Assembly (NCBI GenBank): GCA_964035545.1
Contig: OZ037768.1
Span: forward strand, 3,752,741 to 3,816,740
Length of the DNA: 64,000 nucleotides
Direction of reading: 5' to 3'
Source of the DNA: Bugula neritina
Taxonomy: Eukaryota; Animalia; Bryozoa
Position 1 is the stretch's first letter, and each line of letters opens with the position of its first letter. The notes beneath the pieces were generated by a model that worked only from the letters and a program-made list of their open reading frames with translations, was not told the DNA's origin and made no database searches. Shown here one piece after another: positions 38,542 through 53,500 of the stretch. The translations under genes and the position numbers were made by a program.

Positions 38542-41500
38542 ATGATGTCCAGTCCCCAGTTTCTCTCTACCAATGCTGTACACACACAAAGTGATAGAAA
38601 TCTGAAGTTTGAGCATAATGCTACTACTGCCAATAGTACAGGTACTACAATTAGACATTCTCAAATTCAAAGTGATGATCCCATCGCTGTGAAAATGAAA
38701 TTGGATGCAAGTCAGAGTGCAGCCGACAGTCAAACTCAAGACCACAGTGTAGTTATTGAGGAAAATGCACAGTCTCCTAGCTCAATGACACCGCTGCCCG
38801 ACCAACAAGAAAACGAAAATGGACAAAATCATTGCGAATATGAAGAACGATTTAGAGTTGATAGAAGAAAATTGGAACAAATGCTTCATGGTAAGTTTGA
38901 AATAGTAATAGTAATACTAATTTATTGCTGTTGTGATTGTGTTAACTCCAATTTTCTTTTCGAATGCACATTTAAATTAAATAATCATAATTATATTTAT
39001 AATGCTGTAAACTTGCACTAATTATTCATTATTGTTGTACCTCACTTTTTAGATAACTTTTAAAATGAAAGTTAAACTTATAAAAACAGTTAAAAGTAAA
39101 ACAGTTTTTAAATGTTTTAACCCAAAATTAAAATAGCTGCTGTAGCTGTGCTCCCAGGTTATATGATATATTCCTTAAACCATCTGTTATTCGGTGATTT
39201 ACTTTAACTTTAAGCGTTTTCACTATTAGGAGCTCTAGAAAGTAATCATATCCACTTAATATTTATATAACTAAAGTGGAATTTCATGGAATAAAGTATA
39301 TTAACTAAATCATTGTGACCAGAGTAGGGTGAAGAGACTTAACATTTGATAGTTCATTAATGAGAAGTACACCTCTACACTGCTGCCCTTCTAACTACTT
39401 AAAAATATTTTTCAATGAGGCAGTGACTTGCTTTGAAAATCACAAATTAACTTTCAGTTTCTTCCAACTGTAACTCTAAAGCTGTAATAATTTTATTTAG
39501 AGTACAAGATGATATTACAATAATTTTCAATAAAACTCTTATAGCAGCTATGGAATTGGTTGTTTGCATTTATATTTAAATGATTGTTATTTTGCTAGTA
39601 GTATTGACTATGTATAAGCACTAAATTTGCGCCCTGAATGAAAATTTTTCTAAGCTTGGATTAATAATAAGCTCAAAAATGATGGACGTGGTTGATGTAA
39701 GTTGTATACTTTTGCTAAACATTTTGGACAAGCTCTTAATCAATAAATATGCAGTAAATATGCATGTCTATTTTGCAGTAAATATGCATGTCTATTTTGC
39801 AGTAAATATGCATGACTATTGCCTATTATGCCCATTTGCTTTTAGTATAAATATGAAGTTTCTAACTAAGCTTTTGGCCTATTTTGAGTTGAGTTTGTTT
39901 TTTGGCAGTTGAAGAAACTAGTAGCTTGTCCTATACATTCCACTGTTATGCGGGTTGATAACAGCTAGCTAGCAAAGAAATGACACTATCAAAATAGTGT
40001 AAATAATAGCCACTAGCTTCAGCAGACTGCAGCAAACTATAAATATATTACACATTCCATTTCTTGAAGCTTTTGAGACTCTGCAAATATTTGTACTTTG
40101 CTTAGCTCAGTTTACAACTCCTCAGATCAGATTTTGATACCTAACTATTGCTAGCTAACTTTGCTTAAGGTAGATTCTAAGTAATTTATAATCTCCCAAC
40201 AATTATTTATCCGGCTAGTTGCAAATTTGGGTTTCAAAGAATGAAAATGTGCCATAAATATAACATTTTGTTTTAACATTGTTATTAATGGGATAATATT
40301 GACATTAATTCATGGGTTTGGTTTGAAGCTAGATTGCTGAAAGCTAATGCAAATCACGTTTGGATTGTAAATCATCATAAGGAACTGCAAATATAATGAA
40401 AAATTGAAAAAATATTCCAAATTAATTTGCATTTGCCTGCTGTTGACTGTATTCTGCACTGTGTATAGGAAATGGCAACGGACCAACTACGGAAGCTGAA
40501 GATTTCTTTTTGGAGGTTAGTGTTTACATCGAAAATAGAATACAATTACTGGGTGTAACTGGCTATCAGGTGTAACACCTACTGAATATTATGCAGCTTA
40601 TGATAGCATCTTCATGTTTTGTATGTAAGTGCTATGAAAGACATATAAGTGCAAAACTGTAATTAATTTGGGAAACGAGCAGAAAGGCTAATTTGCTGAG
40701 TGATTGCTAATTGTGATGTTATAAATAATAATAAACACGATGTTTTTGGTGCTGCCTTCGCAGGTAATGGATACAACTAATACACAAATAACATGGCCTT
40801 CGAAGCTCAAAATTGGTGCCAAGTCAAAAAAAGGTAGGTTTTCTACTTTTCTACTAGTAAAAAGGTATTTTTGATGCTATGCTGTGTGAACTCTTTGGTT
40901 GGATAACTGCTGTGCACACTTTCAGCTATTTTATGATTCATCAATACAGATTGAGGGGGACTGAATTCAATTACCAAATGTAATTCTCTGAAATCGTTAG
41001 CCATTCTCCATCCTCTCATCAACAGTACATTTAAATTAGTATAAAAGGATTACAAGGGATAGAATACTAATCTTCACCACTTTGTAAAAACGCTTTATAA
41101 ATCTTATACGATGAATTATCATATTTTAAAACTTGTGCAATAATCGAAGGGGATTACTATTGTGTTGTTATCCAATAGTGGGTCTGGGAGAAAACAAAAA
41201 CATACACAGATGAACTTGACTCATGCTATGTTGTATAGAAGTCAGTAGGGGCTATGGTGAATGTAAACAGTACATAAATATGGTCAGTCACAACTCTGGC
41301 CTAAAGAAAAGGTGATTCAGAGTTTGAACTGTTGGAGCAGAGGCAACTGATAGTAGCTTGAACTTGTTGGAGCTGAATCACTGTTCCAGAACATTCTGTG
41401 TCACGCTCAAAGCAGAAAAAGTGTCATGTTGGCGATTTTAAATGCTGTTTGACCAAGTTTTGTCTCTGTGCTAACTTTTTATGCCAGGAGTGTGAGTAAT

Positions 41501-44500
41501 GCACTGGTTGACCATAACACTAGGCTGTATTGGTAACACAAGGCCGTATTGGTAACTTTGCTGGGCAACTGGTAGACTTGGTTCCAGGATATTTATACAG
41601 CTCAAACATGTTTGGCAAAAACCATTTTCAGCAATTCAAGTAGCTGAATTCCTACAATTTGGTTACAATCTCTCCAGCGAAATTGATGTTCATTTAATTG
41701 CTTTTTGCACAATCTGCATTACCTCAAGGACACACAGTTATGCCCACAGTCTGCTCTCACACCAGTTTCTCCAACTGTTGCAGTATTAAAGGGCTGATGG
41801 ACTAGTAGTTGTTGCTAGCCAACATTAGTAAAATATGTCTGCTTTAAATTAGAATTAATTATCACATTTTGATTCATCTTTTATATCACTAGCAGGCACC
41901 AACTCGCCATGTCAGTGCTGATGCTGACTCTGAATGGAATGTTACTGTAATGAGCAAGTTCAATCACCTGACTAGTAAATAATATATGTGTTGGAGGAGT
42001 TTGTAGCTGACTAGAGTCATATAGCTGTTAGTAGTAGAATGTATGTCGCACAGGGTACTCTCAATCACACAGTCACCTGTAGAAATTGGCGGCTACTTCA
42101 TTATCTGCTCCTATGCTATGAATTACTAGGCCATGTATGGTAATATTGTAATATAGTGTAGGCATAGTAGGCACTACATGAAATTCTTGGTGGGGGAGAG
42201 AATAGAGGTACACAGGCTAGAAAATCTAGAAACCACCATGTATATGTTGGTGTTTCTGTAACTCGTTGGCATACAGTCACATGACTGGTCACCCAGCAAC
42301 TACCAGACCACCCATGTCCTGACTACTGCACTGGTATTTGTGTGCAGAAGTGGCAGAGATATCTTACTTGACCTTTTTGATATTGGTACCTACTTTTACA
42401 ATAGTGCGTCTGACCTTCTTATCTTGTTTGTGGCTTTTGTAATAACTGTCAACTGTTTGCAATGATCTCTTTATAATTGGTCTAATATTGGTCAAGACCT
42501 GAATTTGACCTCTTCAGTGTTCTGGTCTTGTTGATTTATGCCTATGTTTAGTAGAGTGACATCAGCAGCTAACTGAAGTACTGCACATGATTTGGTTAAC
42601 CACTCTCCCAGTGCAGAGATGATCAACATCTAGTCACTAGTGTGTTGTCATAGTCATAGTTAATTAACTCCTCCCTTTGTACATTTACTAACATTCTGCT
42701 AACTCCACCAGATCTTTAGCATACAACTTCGGTTTGTTGCACATTTATTTCGACATCACGTTTTTCTATCCAAGCTCATGGCTCATTTAAAATTTGGGTG
42801 TGACTCTACAGTGAATGTTTTACTTGCAGGCACCTTATAAATGACCTTTTGAACTCTGCTGTTACATTGGGAATCACTGCTGACACAGCATGTGTTTATA
42901 CTGTTCGTCATCTTTTCAGCAAACTTCAACTTCATTGTAGTTGGTTTCTTTCAAATTCTGAGCAATTGTGCCTTTTCTGGAGGTTGGTGGAGTAACGGAG
43001 AAATTAAGAAAAGCCTGTGTTCTAGATTAGAAATGTAGCAAAAGAAGTTATGTTCTCGCAAGAATTTCAACCCAACCCAAAATTTAATAGAAAAATTAAA
43101 GAACTTGGACTATCTCAATTTCTGCACTACTGCACCTAAATGTTTCTGAAAAAAATGTTTTAACCTGCAACGCTGCCAGATATCTTCATAATTTCTGTCT
43201 CTAAAACTTGAGAGTTTACTGAGTGAGCTGCCTAGTAGTGAATCAATTCATTTACTAGTTTCAACAAGTAAAAAGGGGTCGTTTTAATATTTTATGCAAA
43301 GATGAGCCGCAATCAAATATTTTTCTCATGCACTTGTTTGGGATTTTTAAAATACTTCTTTGTTACACATTTACCTGCATATAATATAAGAGAAAACAAC
43401 GCAAGTATTTTTGCTTTAGATCCACATATAAAAGTTAGTGGAGAGCCAACAAATGTGAAGAAAGCGAAAGAGAAGATCATGGCTGTCCTTGACACGAAGG
43501 TATGACTAATTGCACGATTTAAACTCAAAGAGTAACTTTGAATTATTGAGAAATTATTTATTTAAATTCTTAAATTAACCTGCAGAATAGAGGCAAGATT
43601 TTGTTTATTCTGATATCAGTAGTTTCTTCAAGTAATAGCAATGTATATTTTATCTAGAATTCTTTTATTTATTCAGTCTAATGTTTTTCTAATCACTGAT
43701 AATGCCTGTGACACTTGGTGCTGTAAACAACTACATTCTATCTGTCAGAGTAGTGATTGCAAGCAGTGACTCAGACTGAGTCTATTATAGTTGGAATATA
43801 ACAGTAATGTATGCACAGGGAAAGTTGTAGCTTCTTTAGTAGTTCCTAGTAGTTCCTAGTAATAGCAGGATCCATAAACAGTGAACTGATGCAATGCGTC
43901 CCTAGGAATTGCACTTACTGGAATTCTTCTGTTTGCCTATTGAAAGTTTTTAATTTTAATTTATATGATGGCATTCTAATCATGTGAAGGTTCCGTTAGG
44001 AGATGAATATTGTAATGTTGAGAGAATATTGTAATATTGAGAGAAGAATGTTGTAATATAAGTGTTTATTTTATTCTCTCGCCCAGTCAATGCAGATCAA
44101 TCTTTATATTGACAAGTGAACAAAATCAATCTTCATCTTTTTTCATTTTATTGATTTCAATTACCTGCTAGTATTGAGCCAACACACTTCTCCATTATCT
44201 TTGTTGCGGCGTTTGTTTATGACCAGTGAGTAAGAACTGTAGCCGTTTGTTATATAATGTTTCAGAGCAACAGGGTGACGCTAAAAATGGATGTCTCCCA
44301 CACCGAGCACTCGCATGTCATTGGTAAGGGAGGGAACAACATTAAGCGGGTCATGGACGACACTGGCTGCCACATACACTTTCCTGATTCTAATAGAAAC
44401 AATCAATCAGATAAAAGCAATCAGGTGAAGTCTCAGTTTCCCAACAACCTACCAGCAGATTTCTGGCCCATAGCAGACGTGTCTAAACTTATTTGCACAG

Positions 44501-47500
44501 CGTTATTTGCCAATATTTTCTGTGCCTCAATCTTGCCAAATCTGTACTAGTTCATTAAAAAATAATGAGTGGACATATCAATTGGCATGATTTTGAAAGT
44601 TTAAAAAGGACTTAATTCAACTCATCGTATGCCAGGTGTAAAACTATCCTTGCAGATTTAACTCCTTAAATGGTTTGAAAGATAGTTTCCGTTCCTGGAA
44701 TACATCAGTGTAACTTACTTGGCAGTTTTTATGCAAATGTCGCTCTCATTCTTAGAATACTAAAGTAGGCGGAAAAGTTAATTTGTATCCGTTTACAAAT
44801 TCAAATCTAATAAATTTACAAGAATAGTATTTCCTATGAGAAAAAGGTTGATGTAAAAAGTTAATTTTCATCACCTAAACTTTTAAGTTTTAACGCATTC
44901 AAATTTATTCTTAGGACTTCAAAATCTATTGTTGTAGCAGTTATATGGATTTTTAATCTATTTTTAGCATAACATTTGCTAAATTTAAAACAACACAACT
45001 GGTCTCAAATATAAATTTAGCTTTTTCAATAAATGACAAGTCAGAATGCAAGGAAAAGTTATTGAATTAATTTCTCTGTAAATATTCATGAATGAATGGA
45101 AGATTCAATACGCCAGAGAATGAGTGTCGTACAGGAAATGAGTACTGCTCAAACACTATTGTGAAATTTGCCCACTAATTTTAAATATTGATCGGAATTT
45201 CTGTAAATAGCCGAGGTAAAAATGTTAGAGTTGCAGGTGGCCTTAACTGACCAATATATAAAGTATAACTTTATCACCACCACCATCCTATTTACTTATG
45301 TTTGAAGTATGCTATGATCTACTTTGATATAATATGAGATGTTTTTGTGGGCTCTCGGAGTATAGGAAGGAAGTAATATGATTCATACTTTCAGGTGTCA
45401 ATAGCTGGACAACCATTTGGTGTGGAGTGTGCTAGACGCAGAATAAGGGTAAGTGATCTATGCAAAGTAAATGATAAATTAGTTTTTTTTTAAATTGTAA
45501 GCAAGTTTAGGTGGTCCTTTTAGTTTTCCTAACTGTTTTTTAGATTTTTGAAGTTTTGATTATTTGCAATAACATATTGAGGTTGCATATGCCTCAAGAC
45601 TGTCTGGTTACAAGCACTATGTGTGGTATTTTAATATACTCCAGTTTTTGCCACTTGGCATTGTCTACAAGCTTTATCTTGTACTACTTAACGGATTAAG
45701 AAATTAATGGCCAGTTTAACTCATTTTAAAAATACTAATAGTTGCGAAACAATTATAGGAGTTGCTCCCCATCTCCTTCACGTTTGAGATACCCCTGGCC
45801 GGACTGATGCACATACAGTTAGACCAAGCTTCTCCAGTCATAGCTCGTATTCAGCAGCAGTACGGGGTGATGGTGTCATTCAAGCAGCGTCCCCGCTCTA
45901 TAGTAGTTGTCGTCCGTGGAACAGTCATCAATGCCAAGTCTCTTAAGGAAGCTACAGTGTTACTTATGGAGCACTTGACTGGCAATATTGGAGTAAGTTG
46001 GGGCCTTTGGATTAGCATATCATCTTTGACTTGTAGTTAAACGTGTACTGCTATATGCATGCACCTAGATGAGGGTGTGCCAAAGGCCTGCACTGGCATA
46101 TTGTGATGCTATGGTATCATGGTATATGAAAAAAGGGCAGAATTTATGAATTTTCTAAACCGGCAAATTTGTTTAAACCAAAGGTATAATTACTATGCAT
46201 TGCAATTTTCTTATTCAAGTGCCTCTGTAGTGTTGGTAATAATTAATTAATTGAAGTGAAGTATTTTCCGTTAGACTGTTGGTATTGTTTGGGTACCGCA
46301 GAGGTTATTTATTTCACTGAAATCTTTATGGGATTGTAATTCCGTGAGATTAACTCGTGATAAATTACAGATAATCTGCTTTAGTCTAAAGAAAACACTA
46401 ATTGTATCCACCCTTAGACAGATGTTTGGATTTTGATCCTGTTGAGACAAATCTTGGTGCTCATTTCACTCCTTTCTGCTTAGAATATTATAAAATTAGA
46501 AATTATTAAGTTGATATCACAAGCTTCTATTATTTAAAAGGGTAACACTTTATGGTTCACAGGAAGTAATTTCTCTCTCCTCTCTGTTTGTTTTGTATGA
46601 AGTTCTTCCCATTTAAAGAGTACAAGTTATAGTACATGTTTCTATAGTATATGTTTCTTACTAATTGAACTGCTTTATTTTAATGGCAAGAAGTGTGAAA
46701 GTGCCTAGTGTAATCATGCAGAAATGAATAATGTTTCACGGGCTCTGATTTCACTAGTTTAGCTTATTATGAATATGGGGATGTTTTTCAGCTAATAAAT
46801 TATGTTATTGTGAATACTAGTTGGGACTTTTAAACTCTAGTGGTGATTATAAAACTATCTGGGAGGTGATAGTGAATACAAATATTATATAATGGTATAA
46901 GTATAAATATAAATGATAAAGATAGAGTTTGGTCTCAAGTTATCTAGAGTTGGGGTTTATTTGTGACCATTTAGTCATAGTAATGGAATGTTATCTTAGA
47001 CCATCATAATAAGGCAAGAAACACACTTCTTCAACTTACTGGTCTTGCAACACAGGGAGTACCCTTTCACCTCCCCTACATTTGTTTATGTTAGCTTCTG
47101 TTTGTTGATGTGCACTTTGGCTAAACTGAAAAAAGCTGCACATTTCTTGGCAATCTTGATAAAACAAAGATAAATAGAAATACAGCAGTGGTTAGATATG
47201 TAGATGGAAGTAATTCACAGTTGGATGTTGAACATATAAAAATACTTGCATGTGTGATAATATAACATATGGTAGCTAATAGCCTTTGTGCCTCCATCAA
47301 ATGGCAATACAGGATGTAAGACCTCATTGAGTCCTGTTTACACGTTCATTGAAATACCCATGGCACCAGTTTTTAGCCTCGTGTTCCTACTATAAACAGT
47401 CAGGTGACTCTTTTGTAACACTCACCAGTTCTGTTCGAATTTGTACCTCGTCAAATGATTGTTAGATATATTTTCTATAAAATAAATGTAAGATGAAGCA

Positions 47501-50500
47501 GTTGTGTTAGTTATCTGTAACAGCTTGCGGTTGTTTGTAGTCTCTGATCCCAGTGAGTTTACAGCTGGAAGTGGCTGCCCAACACCACTTGTTTATGATT
47601 GGCCGAGGTGGCTCCAATCTGCAGCAGATTATGGCTAAAACTGGAGCGTCTATATGCTTTCCTGACATTGCGTCTCCGAAAGGGACGATAGTTATAACTG
47701 GCAGCATAGAGAACACACTGGCAGCAAGGAACTGTATAGTGGTGAGCTACTGCTATATGTCAGGTGGTGTGTTGGCTCTTAGAGCTTGTGTCTTCTATCA
47801 TTTAGGTGCAGTGGTAGAGATAGCCTAAGTTCTTTGATTTTCTTATTAAATATTGGTGTGGGGTGCGGGTTGAAATTTTAGTCTAGAACACAGGCTTTTT
47901 TCAATTTCTCCATTACTGCACCAGTGTTGGATTATTCAGTATACAGAGCGTAGAATCCCAGACCTTTTCTACAGAGTTACTCTGAACAGATGATAATTTG
48001 TTGTCTGGTTTCTACAGGGTTGTCTCCCAGTGGTGCTAATGTTTGACATGAAGGAAGATATGGAGTGTGATATCGGTATGTTACAGTTATTCTGCAGATT
48101 ACATCCTTAGATTGCCAGTCACTATGAGTACAAAGTCACACTCTATCCAATCTTTTGTAGACTCCATAAATATGTTGATGGATAAACTTGATGTTTACAT
48201 CAGTGTGAAGCCCAAACCTAAACAGCCAAGCAAGGTAGGGCCTAGTACTCACTACTACTCACTATTACTCACTATACTACTCGCTATACTACTCACTGTA
48301 CTACTCACTATACTACTCACTATACTACTCTCACTATACTACTCACTGTACTACTCACTGTACTACTCACTATACTACTCACTATACTACTCACTATGCT
48401 ACTCACTATACTACTCACTGTACTACTCACTGTACTACTCACTATACTACTCACTATACTACTCACTATGCTACTCACTATACTACTCACTGTACTACTC
48501 ACTATACTACTCACTGTACTACTCACTATACTACTCACTATACTACTCACTGTACTACTCACTGTACTACTCACTATACTGTTGAATGTAAAAGAAACAT
48601 GACATTGTTCAAATTGTGTAATTTGGTGGAGTAGGTGAAATAAAAAGGCAGTTGTCAGACTATGATTTATTAACCTATTAAATCTGTGGTTACAACAAGA
48701 GGCTATCCCACCCTTATCTCCATAATAAAGTGGCCTATTTTGGCAGGCCACTCTCCACTCTAATTTCAAATGTTTTGTTATTGATGTAAGAATTATTATT
48801 AACCGTTTAATTACCTGGAGAGATTATAGCATTATCTTCTGGCCATAAAAATACATCACCTACTGTTTTCTAATTTCTTGAGAATTCCCATAAAACAGTG
48901 TACAGCAGTATTAACTGATCGCCATAATAATATATTTACCAGTTAATGAGTGCACAGCACAAATAACTACAGAACTTCTATGTTATCAAAATTCAACCAC
49001 AAATACTTCCCTTGTGCCTGGCTGCTACTCCACGCATTTAGATGACTCATTACCATTGCAAATAAAACTCATTTTGATGATCTTAGCAGCCGACATGAGC
49101 AAATATAATGCAATTTAACCTTTGATTTTTAGTCAGTTATAGTCAAAAGCATTGAGGACAATGTTTGTAACATGTACGAGGCTAGACGACTCCTTTTGAA
49201 GCTAGACAAAGAGGAGATGCCAGATGTTAGCAAGACTGGCAGGCGAATAGATCCACCCATTACATCCTCAATGCAGGGTAGGTGCCACTTGAACCCCCCC
49301 CCTCCGCAAATACAGTTCCCTGTATCCACCTGTAGCTGCCATCTGTAATGCTCTCTGTTAACATAACTAACATGCAGAAGTATAACACTAACATTTTGCT
49401 TCAATGTTTAACGTTATTTCTGGCCTTGGATTTCTTTCGATTTTCTATAAACATTTAACATTTGCCCAAATTCTCTGCAAGTATAAAGCTGCAATAGTGG
49501 GGCGGTGTCTATCCCTCCCAGAAGGTTATTGGCAGGTAGATGGAGCTCAGCTAGTAGCAAGAACACACTGCCTAGCTAATGGAGAGGTTATTGTGTCTAG
49601 AATGTTCTTACTTTCAGGTCTGCTTGCTCACCATAACCTTTTAAACATAGCTACTGCTGCTCAAACTAAGCCTTATGTAATGGTGAATCACTCGCTAAGT
49701 CCTGGGGGTCAAGGACAAACTCACATAAGCACACATCCCGCTCAAACCAGTCCTCAGTGGCTCTCAGCCCAAGGTTAGTGACTCAGCCATTCCGACAGCT
49801 GACAGAGTGGCGCTTGACTCTCCTGGATTGTGTTAAGTCATACTTGAGCGTGTTTTAGTTCTTCATACACGATTTTGTGGGTTTTCAATAGAGTAAACTG
49901 TAAACTTGGTTCCACAGTGATCAATATTAAAGTACCATAGGTGAGACTCTGTATGCCTGAGGTTAACTTAGCTTATGTATTATCAGACCATCTTACTATG
50001 GCTGGTGATGATGCAACATGTGTGAAGGCCAAGGTCATGAGCTGACAATTTGATTGGGTAAAACATAATACTGCTCTACATTTAGCAGATAATGACTAGT
50101 AATATTGTCTCACAACTGCTATAATGTAGATCAACCCTAAACACGCGGTATTAGATTTCCTAGGCTGAGTACCAAGCCCTTTAGGCTGAGTACCAACTAC
50201 CAACAGGCACTTGTAAGCTATATCCTAACACTCTGTTCAATAACCCACTCTCTCCATGTCCTATTAGATGTTACGTCATAATATTAACTTTATGTGTGTT
50301 CTAAGTTGTCATCCACAGTATTAGTACATAAGAGTAAATATACATAGAACTTCCACTTGTTTGTTTTCTGACTCTTAAATATCTAGTTATGATTTTACAT
50401 AATATTAGTAGATGATATTAATACAATCTCTCTCAGTCTTGCACCATATCACTTGTACCACTATTTCTACTAATAGTACAAGTGACGCCCTGTATTAAAA

Positions 50501-53500
50501 GTTAAATTCTGTTAGTCACACAAGTTGACTGGTTTGGAAACTAGCTATATCAGTTCATTTAAAGAAATATAATTTTCCTATTTCAACTTCCACCCTTTGT
50601 CTATACTCTATATCAAGTACTTTGGTATTCTAGTGACTTATAAGCAATGTTTTATATCATTTTAATGAAAATCTGTTGGCCATAAAGTTTATGCTGGGCT
50701 GGAATTTGCAGCACTAAAATATTTGATATGCTAGTTGATTGTGTGTGCATTGTATAGGGGTGTTGAAGCCATCTATCATGATGATCCCCAACACACCTGT
50801 GTCCAGTCCACAGCTCAGCCATGATGTGAAGAAAGCCATGCAGAGACCCGTGCAATACAAAGATCTGAACGAGAACAGCTCCTATACATACAACACAAAC
50901 CCTAACAAGCCTAGTCTGAGTCAACAATCTGCACACAGAATGTGTGTCACTACCAACTCATCTGTTACTCTGCCTAGTCCGAAACAAGCTGATAAACCAC
51001 AAATGTGTAAGCGTCTGGCAGAAGTGTCAAATCTAAAACTAGTTGCTAGTAAATCTACTGAAAGTGTATTTTGTTACTCAACTGTGTGGTTTGTTGACTT
51101 CTAATGTGTGTTTATGTCAACTCAGTATGTGTTGTTAGATGTGAAACTTAAGATCTCTCTGAATATGATAGCTCACTTGTCACTGGATATCATTGTACTG
51201 CTGTTACTGCTGAGAAATCTTATGCCCAGCATTCATAAACCATACTGTTATTGTGTTAATAACTTCATCTGTGATTGCATTTCAATTGTCTGTAGCAGTT
51301 GTCACTGAGACTGAGTAACACACAATCCTCTGCAGGCTCAGTTTCTTGTTACATCTTATAATATCTCGGGTAGAGTTGTTAGATGTGCAGCTCTAGTGCC
51401 AATAGTATTGTGTCGCCACGCGTTGTAGATATGATGAGATCTTCTCCAACTTCAGTCAGCCCCCAGAATCTGCCCAATGGCCACCACCCTCAGAACATGG
51501 CCAACGGCCATCACTTCACTCCTGCTAACGAACTCTGTGCAATAAATGGAAGAGCCACCCCGCCTTCTATTGAGAAGAACTTGGGTTCCCTGGTTACACA
51601 TTCGGCTAATGTTCCTTTACAGCCTGTTGATTTGGATGCACTCACTAAAACTCTTAAAAAAGATTGTAAGTCAATATAACATATTGTTGATTTATTTCTT
51701 GTTTGTCGTTCTGGTTGACTTGGTTTTGCATTTAGAAAGCTCCACTGCATGTTTATATCCACTGTATTACGACACCTCAACATTACAGTGATGTCTAGAG
51801 GGTCACTCAACATTACAGTGATGTCTAGAGGGTCAATCATTGCTTGCTGATCATTTCAGAGCAATTCTTGTGAGAAGGTGAAATGTACATTGTAAGGCAT
51901 GACTGTGTTGTAAAATCAGCTAATAGTACATATCTTTGGCTTTTACGTTTCATTAAATATAATTCAACAGCCTAACTGTTGCTGTAATATTAATTTTCCT
52001 CTTGTGTGTAGTGAACTTGAACAGCAGTGGTGCACATCTAATGGAATCTTTAAGTCACTCTGTGAAGTTACACAGCAGTGGGTCTGGAGCTGACCTCAGA
52101 GGAGTTCACCAGATGGTGCAGCAGCAGGCAGCGCCATCTCCCGTTGGTTCTCGCAGATCCTTCAGTCTAAGGTCTAGCAAGTTACCTGTTCATTACCTTT
52201 TCCTTACCTTTTCCTTACCTGTTCATTACCTAGTTATAGTACTATAATCTTGTACCTGAAACCTCGAAAATGACATAAAGCAAAATTGCAGTTGATTCAT
52301 GAAATCTCTTGATTCAAATTACTCATGATTTTTTATATCAAGTCTTACATTTCTGTTTATTTTTCAATAGGTGTGCCCCTGAGTTATGCAACTAAATGAC
52401 TATGTATACTTATATTAGTTAACTATTAGCTATGTGCCATTAGTAATCAAAGAATTTAACTACTATATCTTCTAAATCAAATAAGATAATCAATTTGAAT
52501 ATTTAGTTACTGTCATTTAAATGTCTATTTTGGTTATTCTGTGGGTCTCAGTTTACGTATAGATAGCATCATCTATTGAAATGGCATTAATTAAATCTAT
52601 AAATAAACAATTAAAACTGATCAATTCATAAGTTTTTACCAACAGCTGACAATTTCAGGCCCTAAGTTAGCCTCAATACAGTCCCTAATAAATTCAGAAC
52701 GTGACCTAGTACATGACTACCCCGCATGAGGGTTTCTACGTGACTCATGAATCACGCAACAAAACCGTAGAGTTCTACTTACTAATAGCTGCACAGCAAC
52801 TTGTATTTATAACGTCCATATCCATGCTGGTTGCAAATAACCAGTTTCAACTACCTACAGAGACAATTCTTAAGGCTAGAATGTCAGCAAACTACTTTTG
52901 TTTGTTCAACGTTGCATCATTGTAGAGCTAGTTTGCTGTTATCTTGTAGCATGAGTTTGAATGCCTCACGTGGCTCCGTGTCAGAGGCTGCCGTGAACTC
53001 TATGACAAGTGCTGCTGACGCCATGTTTGACAAGAAGGCTCCTGGTATAGAGAGACACGCTGACAGGCTGCTGACAACTGCTAACGAGCAGCTCATGTCC
53101 TCCTACAATGACAGACTTATGGCGTCAGCCAGCAGATCCAGTGGACTGATGAAACCACCTCCTGGACTCACACAGCCGTCTGATGGCGCTGTCAATCCTG
53201 CCAACGTGCCAGCAGCTCTGGCTGATTATGAGAGAAAGAAGGTGATGGCCTCAAAAGGTAGGTTTTAGTTTACAGCTGCTATAGTTATTGGTTGATAACC
53301 ATATTACACTGTACTTAGTCAATGAGATTATTGCAGTGTATTCGGTCTATTATTCTTACTTTTATAATAATCAGCATAATTATTGTTCTTTAAGCCATCT
53401 TTATTGAGGAGACAACTCCCTGAAACATGTGCTCAGTTTATACATTCCCATTGCAGCTATTTATACAGCACTTGGTGATTATTTCTATTACAGCTATAGA

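Noticed and set aside
44560-45246. Possible TTAA-type DNA transposon remnant ending GCAGGTGGCC|TTAA in BicC intron 5 (similar texture at ~780-1146 and ~6430-6800)
   Set aside because: I could not identify a matching opposite TIR or a second copy in the window.
48235-48769. SLYY, SSIV and LLTI repeat ORFs
   Set aside because: 12-bp minisatellite in BicC intron 10; only 48161-48234 is a true exon.
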